DNA of 64,000 nt, taken from the NCBI GenBank assembly GCA_964019425.1, contig OZ025787.1:1116001-1180000 (forward strand). The letters run 5' to 3'. Of the stretch, positions 48,883-61,044 are shown piece after piece (positions within the stretch are counted from its first letter, which is position 1; the number at the start of each line of letters is the position of its first letter). Position numbers and translations under genes: made by a program. The notes under the pieces are model-generated. The model searched no databases. It saw only the letters and a program-made list of their open reading frames with translations, and had not been told where the DNA came from. This stretch comes from Flectonema sp. DT1601. Taxonomy: Eukaryota.

Positions 48883-49698
48883 CTTTTAATTATTTTAAAG
48901 AAAAAACAATCAGTTTAGCGTCTTGACCAGGACGGAAAATAGAAAGTAATCGACATAGTCGATCGATAAAAAAAAAACAATGATAACATTGTTTATTCCT
49001 TTTTTTTTTTTTTTTTTTTTTAACCTTTTAATTATTTTTTAAAGAAAAAACAATCAGTTTAGCATCTTGACCAGGACGGAAAATAGAAAGTGATCGACAT
49101 AGTCGATCGATAAAAAAACAATGATAACATTGTTTATTCTTTTTTTTTTTTTTTTTTTAAATTCTTTTTATTTATTTTAAAGAAAAAAAAACGGAAAATA
49201 AAAATTAGTCGACAAAGTCGAACGATAAAAAAAAAACAATGATAACATTGATTAATCTTTTTTTTTTTTTTTTTTTTTTTTTTAACCTTTTAATTATTTT
49301 TTAAAGAAAAAACAATCAGTTTAGCGTCTTGACCAGGACGGAAAATAGAAAGTGATCGACATAGTCGATCGATAAAAAAACAATGATAACATTGTTTATT
49401 CTTTTTGTTTTTGTTTTTTTTTTTTTATATTCTTTTTTATTAATTTTGAAAAAAAAAACAATCAGTTTAGCGTCTTGACCAGGACGGAAAATAGAAAGTA
49501 ATCGACATAGTCGATCGATGAAAAAAAAACAATGATAACATTGTTTATTCTTTTTTTTTTTTTTTTTTTTTAAATTCTTTTTATTTATTTTTTAAAAAGA
49601 AAAAAAAAACGGAAAATAGAAATTAGTCAACAAAGTCGAATAATAAAAAAAAAAACAATGATAACATTGTTTATTCTTTTTTTTTTATTTTTTTTTTA

Positions 49699-51116
49699 CT
49701 GTAAAGGGAAATATTCTCGCGGGGAAATATTCTTGCGGGGAAATTTTCTCGCGGGGAAATATTCTCGCGGATTTGGGGATTTTTTTTCAAACTCGCGGGT
49801 TTTTCCCCACAAGAATATTTCCCTGCCACAGAGGATTTTTGCGAAAGTGAGTCAGTTGATCAAGAATTTAACAAATCTTTGTGCTTTCATCGAATGTCAG
49901 GTGGAACAAATCATTATTTACGAGCAAACACAATAAAAAACTACAACAAAAATAATTTTTGCTGAAACTTTAAATTAAAGGACAAGTCTGGGATAATCCC
50001 TGCCAGAGGGGCGAGTATTCTACCATGGTTGAAATACTCTGGCAACTGATCTTCAATTTTATGTTGTTTGTTAGCTGCTGGTGTATCTCGATCATGTGTT
50101 GATACTTGCATTTTTTTTTATTTGTAATCTTTTACTACAATAACTCTTGCAATTATCTTTTCTTTTTTATTCTCTATCTGTTCTGGTCTGTTTCTTCATT
50201 TTTTTACATTAATAATTACATTTTGTTCAAAAAGAAAAAAAAAGAAAAAGATTTCATATTAGAAACTAGGAAACTAGGTTAACACTTAGTTAAAATTAAG
50301 ACCGGTTAGTCAGTTTAAGGTCTTGTCTAGGACCAACATTCTTGTTTAACTTCAGTTATATTCATTTTACTTTTTATTGTTTCCCATCTGTTTTTATTTT
50401 CTATTAGTTCTGGTCAGAAACCCCTGGGCAGCAAGAAGGAAAGCAGTTTAGTACTTCTGGGTGTTTGGCATCACCCCCCATAGTGAGCAAGTACAACAGG
50501 TAGCATTGGTAGTCTGTTGATCCTGAGTGATCCCAGCTACAGTTTTGTTTTTCTTTCTTTTTTTTAGAAGAAGATCAGGACATTCAAGCACTGCTGGATA
50601 GTTGCTGAATGCAGGGCCTGCCTGTGGCATTATAATAACAGGCTAAGTCATTTGTAGTTCATAGTTTACCTTTGATTTTATAACTTCACATAGGGTACTA
50701 TGAACGATGAGAGATCCAGTGGGATCACTCAGGGTCTAGTAGAGACCACCAATGTTGTGCGTTGATAGGCAAGGTGACCAACCTTGACATTCTTTCTTTT
50801 CTCTCCTGTTGTGACAAACACAAAATACACACACAGCTTACAGTGTGTTCTTTGTGTATGTTTTCTTCAGGTGTGAGTAGTTTTTTTGTTCTTGCTCTTC
50901 AGGGAGGGCCTTAGCCAAAAGCTAACAGTCCAAATCTCACCTGGAAATTCAACCCTTCATAGCACACATATTTTCTTCACAAAAAGGAACAAAAAAAATG
51001 GCTGGAAAAAAGATATGCTTGCAGGGAAATATTCCCGCGGGGAAATATTCTCGCGGATTTAGAAAAAATAATAAAAACTCGCGGGTTTTTCCCCACAAGA
51101 ATATTTCCCTTTACAG
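49699..51116. mobile_element. MITE with TA TSD, containing an inverted R1 fragment (49971-50953)
   Basis: TA-CTGTAAAGGGAAATATTCT...AGAATATTTCCCTTTACAG-TA; same family as 51983-52429. Confidence 0.92.
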
Positions 51117-51379
51117 TATATTCTTTTTATTAATTTTGAAAAAAAAAACAATCAGTTTAGCGTCTTGACCAGGACGGAAAATAGAAAGTGATCGACATAG
51201 TCGATCGATAAAAAAAAACAATGATAACATTGTTTATTCTTTTTTTTTTATTTTTTTTTGTATTCTTTTTTATTAATTTTGAAAAAAAACAATCAGTTTA
51301 ACGTCTTGACCAGGACGGAAAATAGAAAGTGATCGACATAGTCGATCGAAAAAAAAAAACAATGATAACATTGTTTATT

Positions 51380-51413
<34 letters not shown>

Positions 51414-51526
51414 CTTTTTATTATTTTTAAAGAAAAAACAATCAGTTTAGCGTCTTGACCAGGACGAAAAATAGAAAGTGATCGACATAGTCGATCGATA
51501 AAAAAACAATGATAACATTGTTTATT

Positions 51527-51560
<34 letters not shown>

Positions 51561-51982
51561 CTTCTTATTATTTTTTAAAGAAAAAACAATCAGTTTAGCG
51601 TCTTGACCAGGACGGAAAATAGAAAGTAATCGACATAGTCGATCGATAAAATAAAAACAATGATAACATTGTTTATTCCTTTTTTCTTTTTTTTTTTATT
51701 CTTTTTATTAATTTTAAAGAAAAAACAATCAGTTTAGCGTCCTGACCAGGACGAAAAATAGAAAGTGATCGACATAGTCGATCGATAAAAAAACAATGAT
51801 AACATTGTTTATTCTTTTTTTTTTGTTTTTTTTTTTTATTCTTTTTATTTATTTTTTAAAGAAAAAACAATCAGTTTAGCGTCTTGACCAGGACGGAAAA
51901 TAGAAATTAGTCGACAAAGTCAATCGATAACAAAACAATGATAACATTGTTTATTCTTTTTTTTTTTTTTTTTTTTTTTTTA

Positions 51983-52429
51983 CTGTAAAGGGAAATATTC
52001 TCGCGGGGAAATAATCTTGCGGGGAAATATTCCCGCGGGGAAATATTCTCGCGGATTTGGAGATTTTTTTTCAAACTCGCGGGTTTTTCCCCACAAGAAT
52101 ATTTCCCTGCTACAGAGGATTTTTGCGAAAGCCAGCCAGTTGACCAAGAATCAAAGAGATCTTTGTGCTTCCATCGAGTGTCAGGTAGAACAAAGCATTA
52201 TTTACCAAGGAAACACAATAAGAAACTACCATACTGCACAATAAAAATAATTTTTGCTGAAATTTCCCTTCGTAGCACACATATTTTCTTCACAAAAAAG
52301 AACAAAAAAAAATGCTAGAAAAAAAGTATGCTTGCAGGGAAATATTTCCGCGGGGAAATATTCTCGCGGATTCAGAAAAAATAATAAAAACTCGCGGGTT
52401 TTTCCCCACAAGAATATTTCCCTTTACAG
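51983..52429. mobile_element. 447-bp MITE with TA TSD (Tc1/mariner type)
   Basis: TIR CTGTAAAGGGAAATATTCT; subterminal gcggggaaatatt repeats. Confidence 0.94.
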
Positions 52430-54816
52430 TATTCTTTTTATTTATTTTTTAAAGAAAAAACAATCAGTTTAGCGTCCTGACCAGGGCGGAAAATAGAAAG
52501 TAATCGACATAGTCGATCGATAAAAAAAAACAATGATAACATTGTTTAATCTTTTTTTTTTTTTTTTTTTTTTTATTCTTTTTATTTATTTAGAAAAAAC
52601 AATCAGTTTAGCGTCTTGACCGGGACGGAAAATAGAAATTAGTCGACAAAGTCGATCGATAAAAAAACAATGATAACATTGTTTATTCTTTTTTTTTTTT
52701 TTTTTTTTTTTAAATTCTTTTTATTTATTTTTTAAGAAAAAAACGGAAAATAGAAATTAGTCGACAAAGTCGAACGATAAAAAAACAATGATAACATTGT
52801 TTATTCTTTTTTTATTTTTTTTTTTTATAATCTTTTTAATTAATTTTGGAAAAAAAAAAAAAAACAATCAGTTTAGCGTCTTGACCAGGACGGAAAATAG
52901 AAAGCAATCGACATAGTCGATCGATAAAAAAACAATGATAACATTGTTTATTCTTTTTTTTTTTTTTTTTTTTTAAATTCTTTTTATTTATTTTTTAAGA
53001 GAAAAAAATGGAAAATAGAAATTAGTCGACAAAGTCGAACGATAAAAAAACAATGATAACATTGTTTATTCTTTTTTTTATTTTTTTTTTTTTATAATCT
53101 TTTTTTATTAATTTTGAAAAAAAAAAAACAATCAGTTTAGCGTCCTGACCAGGACGGAAAATAGAAATTAGTCGACAAAATCGATCGATAAAAAAACAAT
53201 GATAACATTGTTTATTCTTTTTTTTTTTTTTTTTTTTAAATTCTTTTTATTTATTTTTTAAGAGAAAAAAACGGAAAATAGAATTTAGTCGACAAAGTCG
53301 AACGATAAAAAAACAATGATAACATTGTTTAATCTTTTTTTTATTTTTTTTTTTTTATATTCTTTTTTATTAATTTTGAAAAAAAAAAAAAAAAAACAAT
53401 CAGTTTAGCGTCTTGACCAGGACGGAAAATAGAAAGTAATCGACATAGTCGATCGATAAAAAAACAATGATAACATTGTTTATTCTTTTTTTTTTTTTTT
53501 TTTTTTAAATTCTTTTTATTTATTTTTTAAGAAAAAAAACGGAAAATAGAAATTAGTCGACAAAGTCGAACGATAAAAAAACAATGATAACATTGTTTAT
53601 TCTTTTTTTTTATTTTTTTTTTTTTATATTCTTTTTTATTAATTTTGGGAAAAAAAAAAAAAAACAATCAGTTTAGCGTCTTGACCAGGACGGAAAATAG
53701 AAAGTAATCGACATAGTCGATCGATAAAAATACAATGATAACATTGTTTAATCTTTTATAATTTTTTATTTTTTTTTTGTTTTAAAAAAAAAAAAAAAAC
53801 AAGCGGAATTGATCATAATGGGTGGTAGGGGTTGTTATAACTTCGTTTGAAAATTCTTCTTTTTTGATTTCTTTTTTTTTTTTCTTTTTACAGGAGTTAA
53901 GATCACTGTCAGGAGACAACACATTAACAAGAGCAGCAAGCAGAGTTGACACTATCAATTCAAATTTGAAATACCGGGAATTAATTTACAAGGAGGTATC
54001 TCAAGTGACTTGGTATCTCTAGCGTGTCGGTATCTCTGGAGTGCTGGTATCTCGTATGTGCGTTGGTATCTCATGAGTGATGGTATCTCTTGTGCATTTA
54101 GAGAAACGAAAAAGAATGTCATGACCATGACGGAAGAATTGAGGAATTGAGTTAACATGTTCAATTTAACTTATTTAAACTTTTTTTTTTTTTTAACAGA
54201 CCGTAACTATTTGAAAATAAAATGTAGATGGGAAACAGTGAAAAGTAAAATGGATGATAAAATTAAATGAGAAATATGACATAACAGACCAGATAGAGAG
54301 TATTAAAAGGAAATTGAAAAGGAAAAGAGAAACTAGGTTAACACTTATTTAAAATTAAGACCGGTTAGTCAGTTTAAGGTCTTGACTAGGACCAACAAAA
54401 AAGAAAGAAAAAAAATTAACGATCAAGCTGAGCTGATCTTGTTTTTATTACAAATAGGGGAGCGGGAGGGATGGAAGGAATAGAGGAAAAAAAAAGAAAA
54501 GGTTGATCATTTGGATCTGATCGTCGAGAAGAAGAAATTATTTTAAAGGTTGATCGGAATAGCCGATCGTTGAAAATAAAAAGAAAGTTTACATCGGGAA
54601 TAGGGCAGGAGCCAAAAGCTCCCAGTCCGTTACTTCCCACTTTATCGAAATTCTACAAATGACTTAGCCTGTTATTATAATGCCACAGGCAGGCCCTGCA
54701 TTCAGCAACTATCCAGCAGTGCTTGGATGTCCTGATCTTCTTCTAAAAAAAAGAAAGAAAAACAAAACTGTAGCTGGGATCACTCAGGATCAACAGACTA
54801 CCAATGCTACCTGTTG

Positions 54817-55210
54817 AATTTCGATAAGTGGGAAGTAACGGACTGGGAGCTTTTGGCTCCTGCCCTATTCCCGACGTAAACTTTCTTTTTATTTTTTTTT
54901 TTTTTTTAACAGGCCCAAAGGGCGACAATGATGGTTGCTGACCAAGGAATAATATTCAAATGAATTTTCGTTTCAAAGAAACGAACAGAATTAAGAGAGA
55001 GGTAGAGAAAAAAAAAAAAAAAAAAAAAAAGAAAGAATAGAAAAAAAATATGAAGAGGAAATAATCAAACATGAAAAAAAAAAAAAAAATAAAATATAAA
55101 TAAAAAACGTTGTATGAAAAAGGAAAAAAAGAAAAAAAAAAGACCAGAAAAGGAAAGAGAAAATGAAAAGGTATAATATTATTGTGGGGATATGAGGATA
55201 GCAGGGAGAT

Positions 55211-55248
<38 letters not shown>

Positions 55249-55501
55249 TTATTATTTAAAAAAAGGAAACAATCAGTTTAGCGTCTCGATCAGGACGGAA
55301 AATAGAAATTAATCGACATAGTCGATCGATAGAAAAAAAACAATGATAACATTGTTTATTCCTTTTTTTTTTTTTTTTTTTTATTCTTTTTATTTATTTT
55401 TAAAGAAAAAACAATCAGTTTAGCGTCCTGACCAGGACGGAAAATTGAAAGTGATCCACATAGTCGATCGATAGAAAAAAGACAATGATAACATTGTTTA
55501 T

Positions 55502-55534
<33 letters not shown>

Positions 55535-55926
55535 CTTTTAATTATTTTAAAGAAAAAACAATCAGTTTAGCGTCTTGACCAGGACGGAAAATAGAAAGTG
55601 ATCGACATAGTCGATCGATAAAAAACAATGATAACATTGTTTATTCCTTTTTTTTTTCTTTTTTTTTTATTCTTTTTATTTATTTTTAAAGAAAAAACAA
55701 TCAGTTTAGCGTCCTGACCAGGACGGAAAATAGAAAGTAATCGACATAGTCGATCGATAAAAAAAAAACAATGATAACATTGTTTATTCCTTTTTTTTTT
55801 CTTTTTTTTTATTCTTTTTATTTATTTTTAAAGAAAAAACAATCAGTTTAGCGTCCTGACCAGGACGGAAAATTGAAAGTGATCGACATAGTCGATCGAT
55901 AAAAAAACAATGATAACATTGTTTAT

Positions 55927-55957
<31 letters not shown>

Positions 55958-56444
55958 CCTTTTAATTATTTTTTAAAGAAAAAACAATCAGTTTAGCGTC
56001 TTGACCAGGACGGAAAATAGAAAGTGATCGACATAGTCGATCGATAAAAAACAATGATAACATTGTTTATTCTTTTTTTTTTTTTTTTTTTTTTTTAATC
56101 CTTTTTATTATTTTAAAGAAAAAACAATCAGTTTAGCGTCTTGACCAGGACGGAAAATAGAAAGTGATCGACATAGTCGATCGATAAAAAAACAATGATA
56201 ACATTGTTTATTCTTTTTTTTTTTTTTTTTTTAAATTCTTTTTATTTATTTTTAAAGAAAAAAAACGGAAAATAAAAATTAGTCGACAAAGTCGAACGAT
56301 AAAAAAAAACAATGATAACATTGTTTATTCTTTTTTTTTTTGTTTTTTTTTATATTCTTTTTTATTAATTTTGAAAAAAAAACAATCAGTTTAGCGTCTT
56401 GACCAGGACGGAAAATAGAAAGTAATCGACATAGTCGATCGATA
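54817..56444 (-). mobile_element. Family E copy running into the assembly gap
   Basis: Near-identical to 29488-31120. Confidence 0.88.
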
Positions 56445-56644
56445 NNNNNNNNNNNNNNNNNNNNNNNNNNNNNNNNNNNNNNNNNNNNNNNNNNNNNNNN
56501 NNNNNNNNNNNNNNNNNNNNNNNNNNNNNNNNNNNNNNNNNNNNNNNNNNNNNNNNNNNNNNNNNNNNNNNNNNNNNNNNNNNNNNNNNNNNNNNNNNNN
56601 NNNNNNNNNNNNNNNNNNNNNNNNNNNNNNNNNNNNNNNNNNNN
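56445..56644. other. Assembly gap (200 N)
   Basis: Run of N. Confidence 0.99.
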
Positions 56645-56645
56645 T

Positions 56646-57729
56646 ATTAAGCAATATGAGGAAGTGTTACGAAGTGAATCGATTACTGAAAAGTCAGCTT
56701 TTCGGGGGAAGGTTCCAATAACGGCAACTCTAATAGCAGAACACTGCTTGGATATAGAGGCTAAAAAAAAAAGATGGAGACGATGAAATAATTGAAGCAA
56801 TATTCAAACTCACACATGTTCGCCTAGAAAACCTCTTGATAACAGACATCGATGGTATAGAGTGTATCACTGGAACACTGACTCACTTATATCTCGATTC
56901 GAATAGAATAAAAGATATGAGTGAAGTCCAGTGGTTGGATAAACTCACGACACTTGTACTTTCAAATAATAAAATCGAAGAAATTGAAGGAATCAGTGAA
57001 TTACAGTTTCTGAAAACTATAAACTTATCAAATAATAAATTAAAACCATTTAATGTAATTCATGAAATACCAACGTCTGTTATGACAGCTGATTTCACTG
57101 GTAACGATTTATTATGTCATCAGGAAATTAGGGATTCGTTATTGTTGCATTTACACAATCCTCAAAAAATAAATGGAATCGATTGTCAAGAGTCTGTTTC
57201 TCCTAAAAATAATAATGGTGCAGAGTTACCACATGCGTCGACTCTTACTTTTGGTTCTGAAAAGTTTGTTTCTGAAGTTGACTCAGTGAGGGAAGTGTTA
57301 CTATCAGATTATCAAAAAAAAATATCTCAAAGAAATGCTATTGTCGATCGTCTCCTTGACGCTGATGTCGATGAAATAGATGAGTTCACAGAGACAGATA
57401 AGATCATCAAAGAATATAAACAGCAACGAGACAATAAAACCAATCAGCGCCGTGATGACTCCGACTTACTTAAGGTCGCTCTTCACAAATGCAAACTCGC
57501 ATCTGCATCCCTGAACGAGGAATATTCAAACATGAGAGATGGAATCCGTTCTCGCAAAATGGAGATCCTCTCAAGGGCAGCTGACAGAAGAGAAAAGCTT
57601 ATCACAGATGGTGACTCTGCAGCCTTTATTAGGGCAAAAGCAGTTTTGGAAAAAGAACAAACTAAACAACAGGAAATGTTAAAAACTAAAAAAGGTTCGA
57701 ATGAAAAAATACCCAAAGTCATCCAATAA
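56646..57729 (+). CDS. Leucine-rich repeat protein, LRRC46/SDS22-like, 5'-partial
   Basis: LTHVRLENLLI, LTHLYLDSNRI, LVLSNNKI, INLSNNKL, then coiled coil. The upstream frame (KVPITATLIAEHC) joins across an A10 run at 56763-56772 by a 1-nt shift. Confidence 0.8.
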
Positions 57730-58053
57730 TTGAATTGCCCCCAGCATAGATTAAGTTAAGTAGTTTTTTTATATATGAGTTTTCATTTTTTTTTTTTGAA
57801 ATTAAAAATTGGAGTATTTTCAACTGCCAAATCGGCTACAAAAATAGTCCACAACAACACGTTGGCAGATTCTTTTGTATTGTGAACGGTGAAGACACCC
57901 TCCCTTTCGTGTCGTATAAAATCTCTCCCACTTAATTATCTCAGTTCACGGCTACAAACATTTCTTTCAACCAGATACTTTTGATATTAGTTTTGTATTA
58001 ATACCTAAAGTTGTTACTGTTTTTATATTGTCAAAGTTTCACCCCACTTATAA

Positions 58054-58482
58054 ATGATGATGATGGAGGAAACTACCCACGTCCGAATGACTCGAAAATG
58101 GGTTCCTGGAAAAAGTGAAAAAAAAATTCGACCGGCATCAAGCCAAGGAAGTATTGATTTAGAAATCCCGGCATTACAGATTCACAATTGGAAGGATAAG
58201 GTTCGTAAAATGACTTTGAACCAGCGACGAAACGATATTCACACTTCATATGGCTCAAGAACTGCAGAGACCATTCGAGGACCTGTAGGAGATAGTTGGT
58301 TATCATTTATTTCCGCTCCGTTTTTAAGTTTATTCTTTGTGCTCACATTAGCTTGTTGCTTGCACAAGTACATAATAACAAGACAGCACTTCGAACCTGC
58401 CTTCTGGCAAGCAGCAGCTGGACAACTTTGGGACAGTTTTTTCTCAAACAGTGTTGCGGACCATTACGAACCAAAATTTTAA
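58054..58482 (+). CDS. Hypothetical protein
   Basis: 142-aa ATG ORF co-oriented with the cluster; no recognised motif. Confidence 0.35.
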   Translation: MMMMEETTHVRMTRKWVPGKSEKKIRPASSQGSIDLEIPALQIHNWKDKVRKMTLNQRRNDIHTSYGSRTAETIRGPVGDSWLSFISAPFLSLFFVLTLACCLHKYIITRQHFEPAFWQAAAGQLWDSFFSNSVADHYEPKF

Positions 58483-58975
58483 TTTCTCCGTCTGTGGTGT
58501 AGTGAGGCTTATCCTGAGAGATCTGTCTTCTCCACTAGATGCTCTGCTATAGATATCTGAAGAGATTGTTGATTCTAAACTACATTTGAAAAGGTCACTT
58601 TAGAAGACGTTTGTTTAGCATTGTGTGATTGACCCCTTCATCTCTTAAATCGTTTTCTGTTCTTATGTTTTGGGTCTTCTGTCTAAAAGTACCTCTTGCT
58701 GAGTTTTAAAAAATAACATTATATAAGATAATTCATGTTTACACATATGTGAATGCTATCGTTTTTTTTTTTTTTTTTTTTTTCTCCCCTAACCGTCTGG
58801 TTGGAAAAAAATGCTGCAATAGTTTAGGTACTTATTTGAGTTTAATTACAGGTATCAACGATAACAAGTTTGAGATAGCTATCGAAGGAGGGGAAATTTT
58901 TATTTTAGAAGTGTGACGTAATTCCATACCATCAAATCTAGTGTATTATTACTACTCAAAGACACGTTAACAAAA

Positions 58976-59596
58976 ATGTGGGGAAGGCCGCCTGTTTTTG
59001 ATGATGAAGACGATGATGGAGGAGACACTGGAAGGTGGAATGAAGAAGACGGTGTTCCAAAAAATTCGAAGAACAGTGAAAAGCCACCCATGAGACCATC
59101 AATCCCTTATGACGAGTATGGTGATATGGATGATGAAATAATGCAGGTGATGTCAAGAGGTCGTATTCCTTCGAGAAGTAGTGTTGGTGAAGAGAGTCCA
59201 GCAATGGGACAACGACCTGAAAGCGCTCAGGCATCATATAACAGTTCGGGAAAGAAAAAAAATAGAAAACAAACAAAATCTGATACGCCATCAGATGTCA
59301 CGTCCTTATCAGGGAAGAAGAAACGCTCTCGATCTGTTCCACAGCCTGAACTTATTCCTACACGTGTGGCATTTACAGATAGCAGACATTTGGTAAAAGT
59401 TGCCTTAGTACCTCTAGACTGTAGTATGGATGTACTTCATAAAACCCTCGAGAGTAGACTGTCTGTTGCAATTCACTCAATAATATTTCAGTGTGATACC
59501 AATATGGTTGTTTGTTGTAATAGTACAATCCAACACTTTAATAAATTACTACCCAGACCAGTCCTACTTTGTGTTAAAGAGGAATCATCCACTTAA
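58976..59596 (+). CDS. Hypothetical protein with a disordered N-terminus and a possible PB1/beta-grasp-like C-terminus
   Basis: 206-aa ORF with coding-like composition and AT-rich flanks. Confidence 0.7.
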   Translation: MWGRPPVFDDEDDDGGDTGRWNEEDGVPKNSKNSEKPPMRPSIPYDEYGDMDDEIMQVMSRGRIPSRSSVGEESPAMGQRPESAQASYNSSGKKKNRKQTKSDTPSDVTSLSGKKKRSRSVPQPELIPTRVAFTDSRHLVKVALVPLDCSMDVLHKTLESRLSVAIHSIIFQCDTNMVVCCNSTIQHFNKLLPRPVLLCVKEESST

Positions 59597-59962
59597 ATTA
59601 TAATATTCTTACGGTTGAGTTAGTTTAGGAATTCGTTAATTATATTTTAGATTATTTACACTTGAATAAGAAATTAGATCGAATTACTTCCTAAAAATAA
59701 TTAAACTTATATTGAACAGAGTAAATATGAAACAGTTTTACACCATAGTGATAATGAGTGAGTCTATTAGTTACTTCAAATCAATAAGTAGAGCATCCCG
59801 CACTGTATAGTTCACAGATTGTTAGATTATCGTTTATGTTATAATACAATTGGTATTTTAGTTAACTCCTCAACAGAGTAATTATGCAACTGTTGAATAC
59901 TTTACTAAAACAAAACAATTGCTTACGTCATAGTTTGTGTTAGGTACTACATAAGTTTTAAA

Positions 59963-61044
59963 ATGTTCAAGGCGATTCAAAAAACGATTTTTGGATCTGG
60001 CAGTGACGACGAAGCTGATGACCGCAAGGAGACAACTGAAAATGAGAGCTCACAGCCGGTAAAACGTGCTAAGATTGATGAGGATGAAGAGAAAGTTGCG
60101 GTGACACCGGAAAAGAAGGCGTCCGTGCAAACACCAGCGAGACCACAGAATGCGAAAGTGAGTTCTGATGGTTGGCAGGAGTCAAACGAGGAGGAGGGTG
60201 AAAATACCACAACCACTCTAAAGGGGATTTCCCAATCATTTGAAGGACTCTTTATGGGTGACGTAGAAATCTCAAATGTCATGCAACTCTTGAAGGAAAA
60301 TCCAAAAGAAGAAATCGACTTCAAGTGGCACTCAACTCTTGACGAGGAAACAGATGATTGCACCACAACATTGAGAATCGAGGGAATGAAACCTCCTTTC
60401 TCAAGTCTGTTGTTTCGTCAATTTGTAGAAAAACCTGCCCCACAGGCTGCGTTAAGTGAACCGGATTCTTTTAAGACGGCAGGTTCAACAATATTTATTA
60501 ATTATTTAAATATTGATACAGCACGTAGACAGTTCAGACGACTTAATGGTCATGTTTGGAAAGGTCAACAAGAGTCAAACCTCTCAGTGTCGTACACTTC
60601 TCTTAAAGATGCGCAAGAAGAGATCGACTCTCATAACTTATTAGCTTCAGAAGAGGAATCCAGACTTCGTAAAAATATCGAAAACCAACTTCTTGAGTCT
60701 CAGCGGAAGAAGGCTACTGAAGCTTCTTCCCGAAAGGAACGCGAACAGAAAACACCAACAAAAAACAGAACCCAGGAAACAGATGATCGACCACAGGTAT
60801 ATCTATTTGTGATATTTCTTTATTTAATTATGATCTTTTGTCTTTTTTAATATTTTTTATGGAGTCTTAAAAAAAACAAATAACAATACAAATACAAATA
60901 CAGAAGATGCGGGCGAGTGACTATTTTGAAAAAACTTCAACCATGCCTCGTATCTATTATGAGCTCGAAGACGACGCTGGTAAGATTGCTAATGCGACTA
61001 CCCGAGCACAAGAAGAGTACGACAAACTAATTGCTGCACACTAA
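59963..61044 (+). CDS. ACIN1: Acinus-like splicing factor (RRM plus RSB motif); exons 59963-60796 and 60904-61044
   Basis: RRM LRIEGMKPPFS...LNGHVW...LSVSY resembles the Acinus RRM. Splicing the phase-0 intron 60797-60903 adds DYFEKTSTMPRIYY, which resembles the RSB motif DLFRKTKAAPCIYW. Confidence 0.75.
60797..60903 (+). other. Canonical GT-AG intron, 107 bp
   Basis: cag|gtatat...aatacag|aag; AT-rich; splicing keeps the frame. Confidence 0.85.

Larger units (their letters stand above)
48321..54652 (-). mobile_element. Family E copy with nested MITEs, closed by an inverted ~78-bp copy of its own terminus
   Basis: gaatttcgataaagtggg at 48321; its reverse complement at ~54575-54653. Confidence 0.85.

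Noticed and set aside
48321..54653. E as a classical TIR DNA transposon
   Set aside because: Only this copy has the inverted end, there is no TSD, and other copies are one-ended. A local inversion fits better, though a TIR element is not excluded.
56763..56772. Programmed frameshift or pseudogene in the LRR gene
   Set aside because: A 1-nt shift in an A10 run next to a gap is most simply a homopolymer sequencing error.
56279..56800. ORFs spanning the N run
   Set aside because: Artefacts of the assembly gap.
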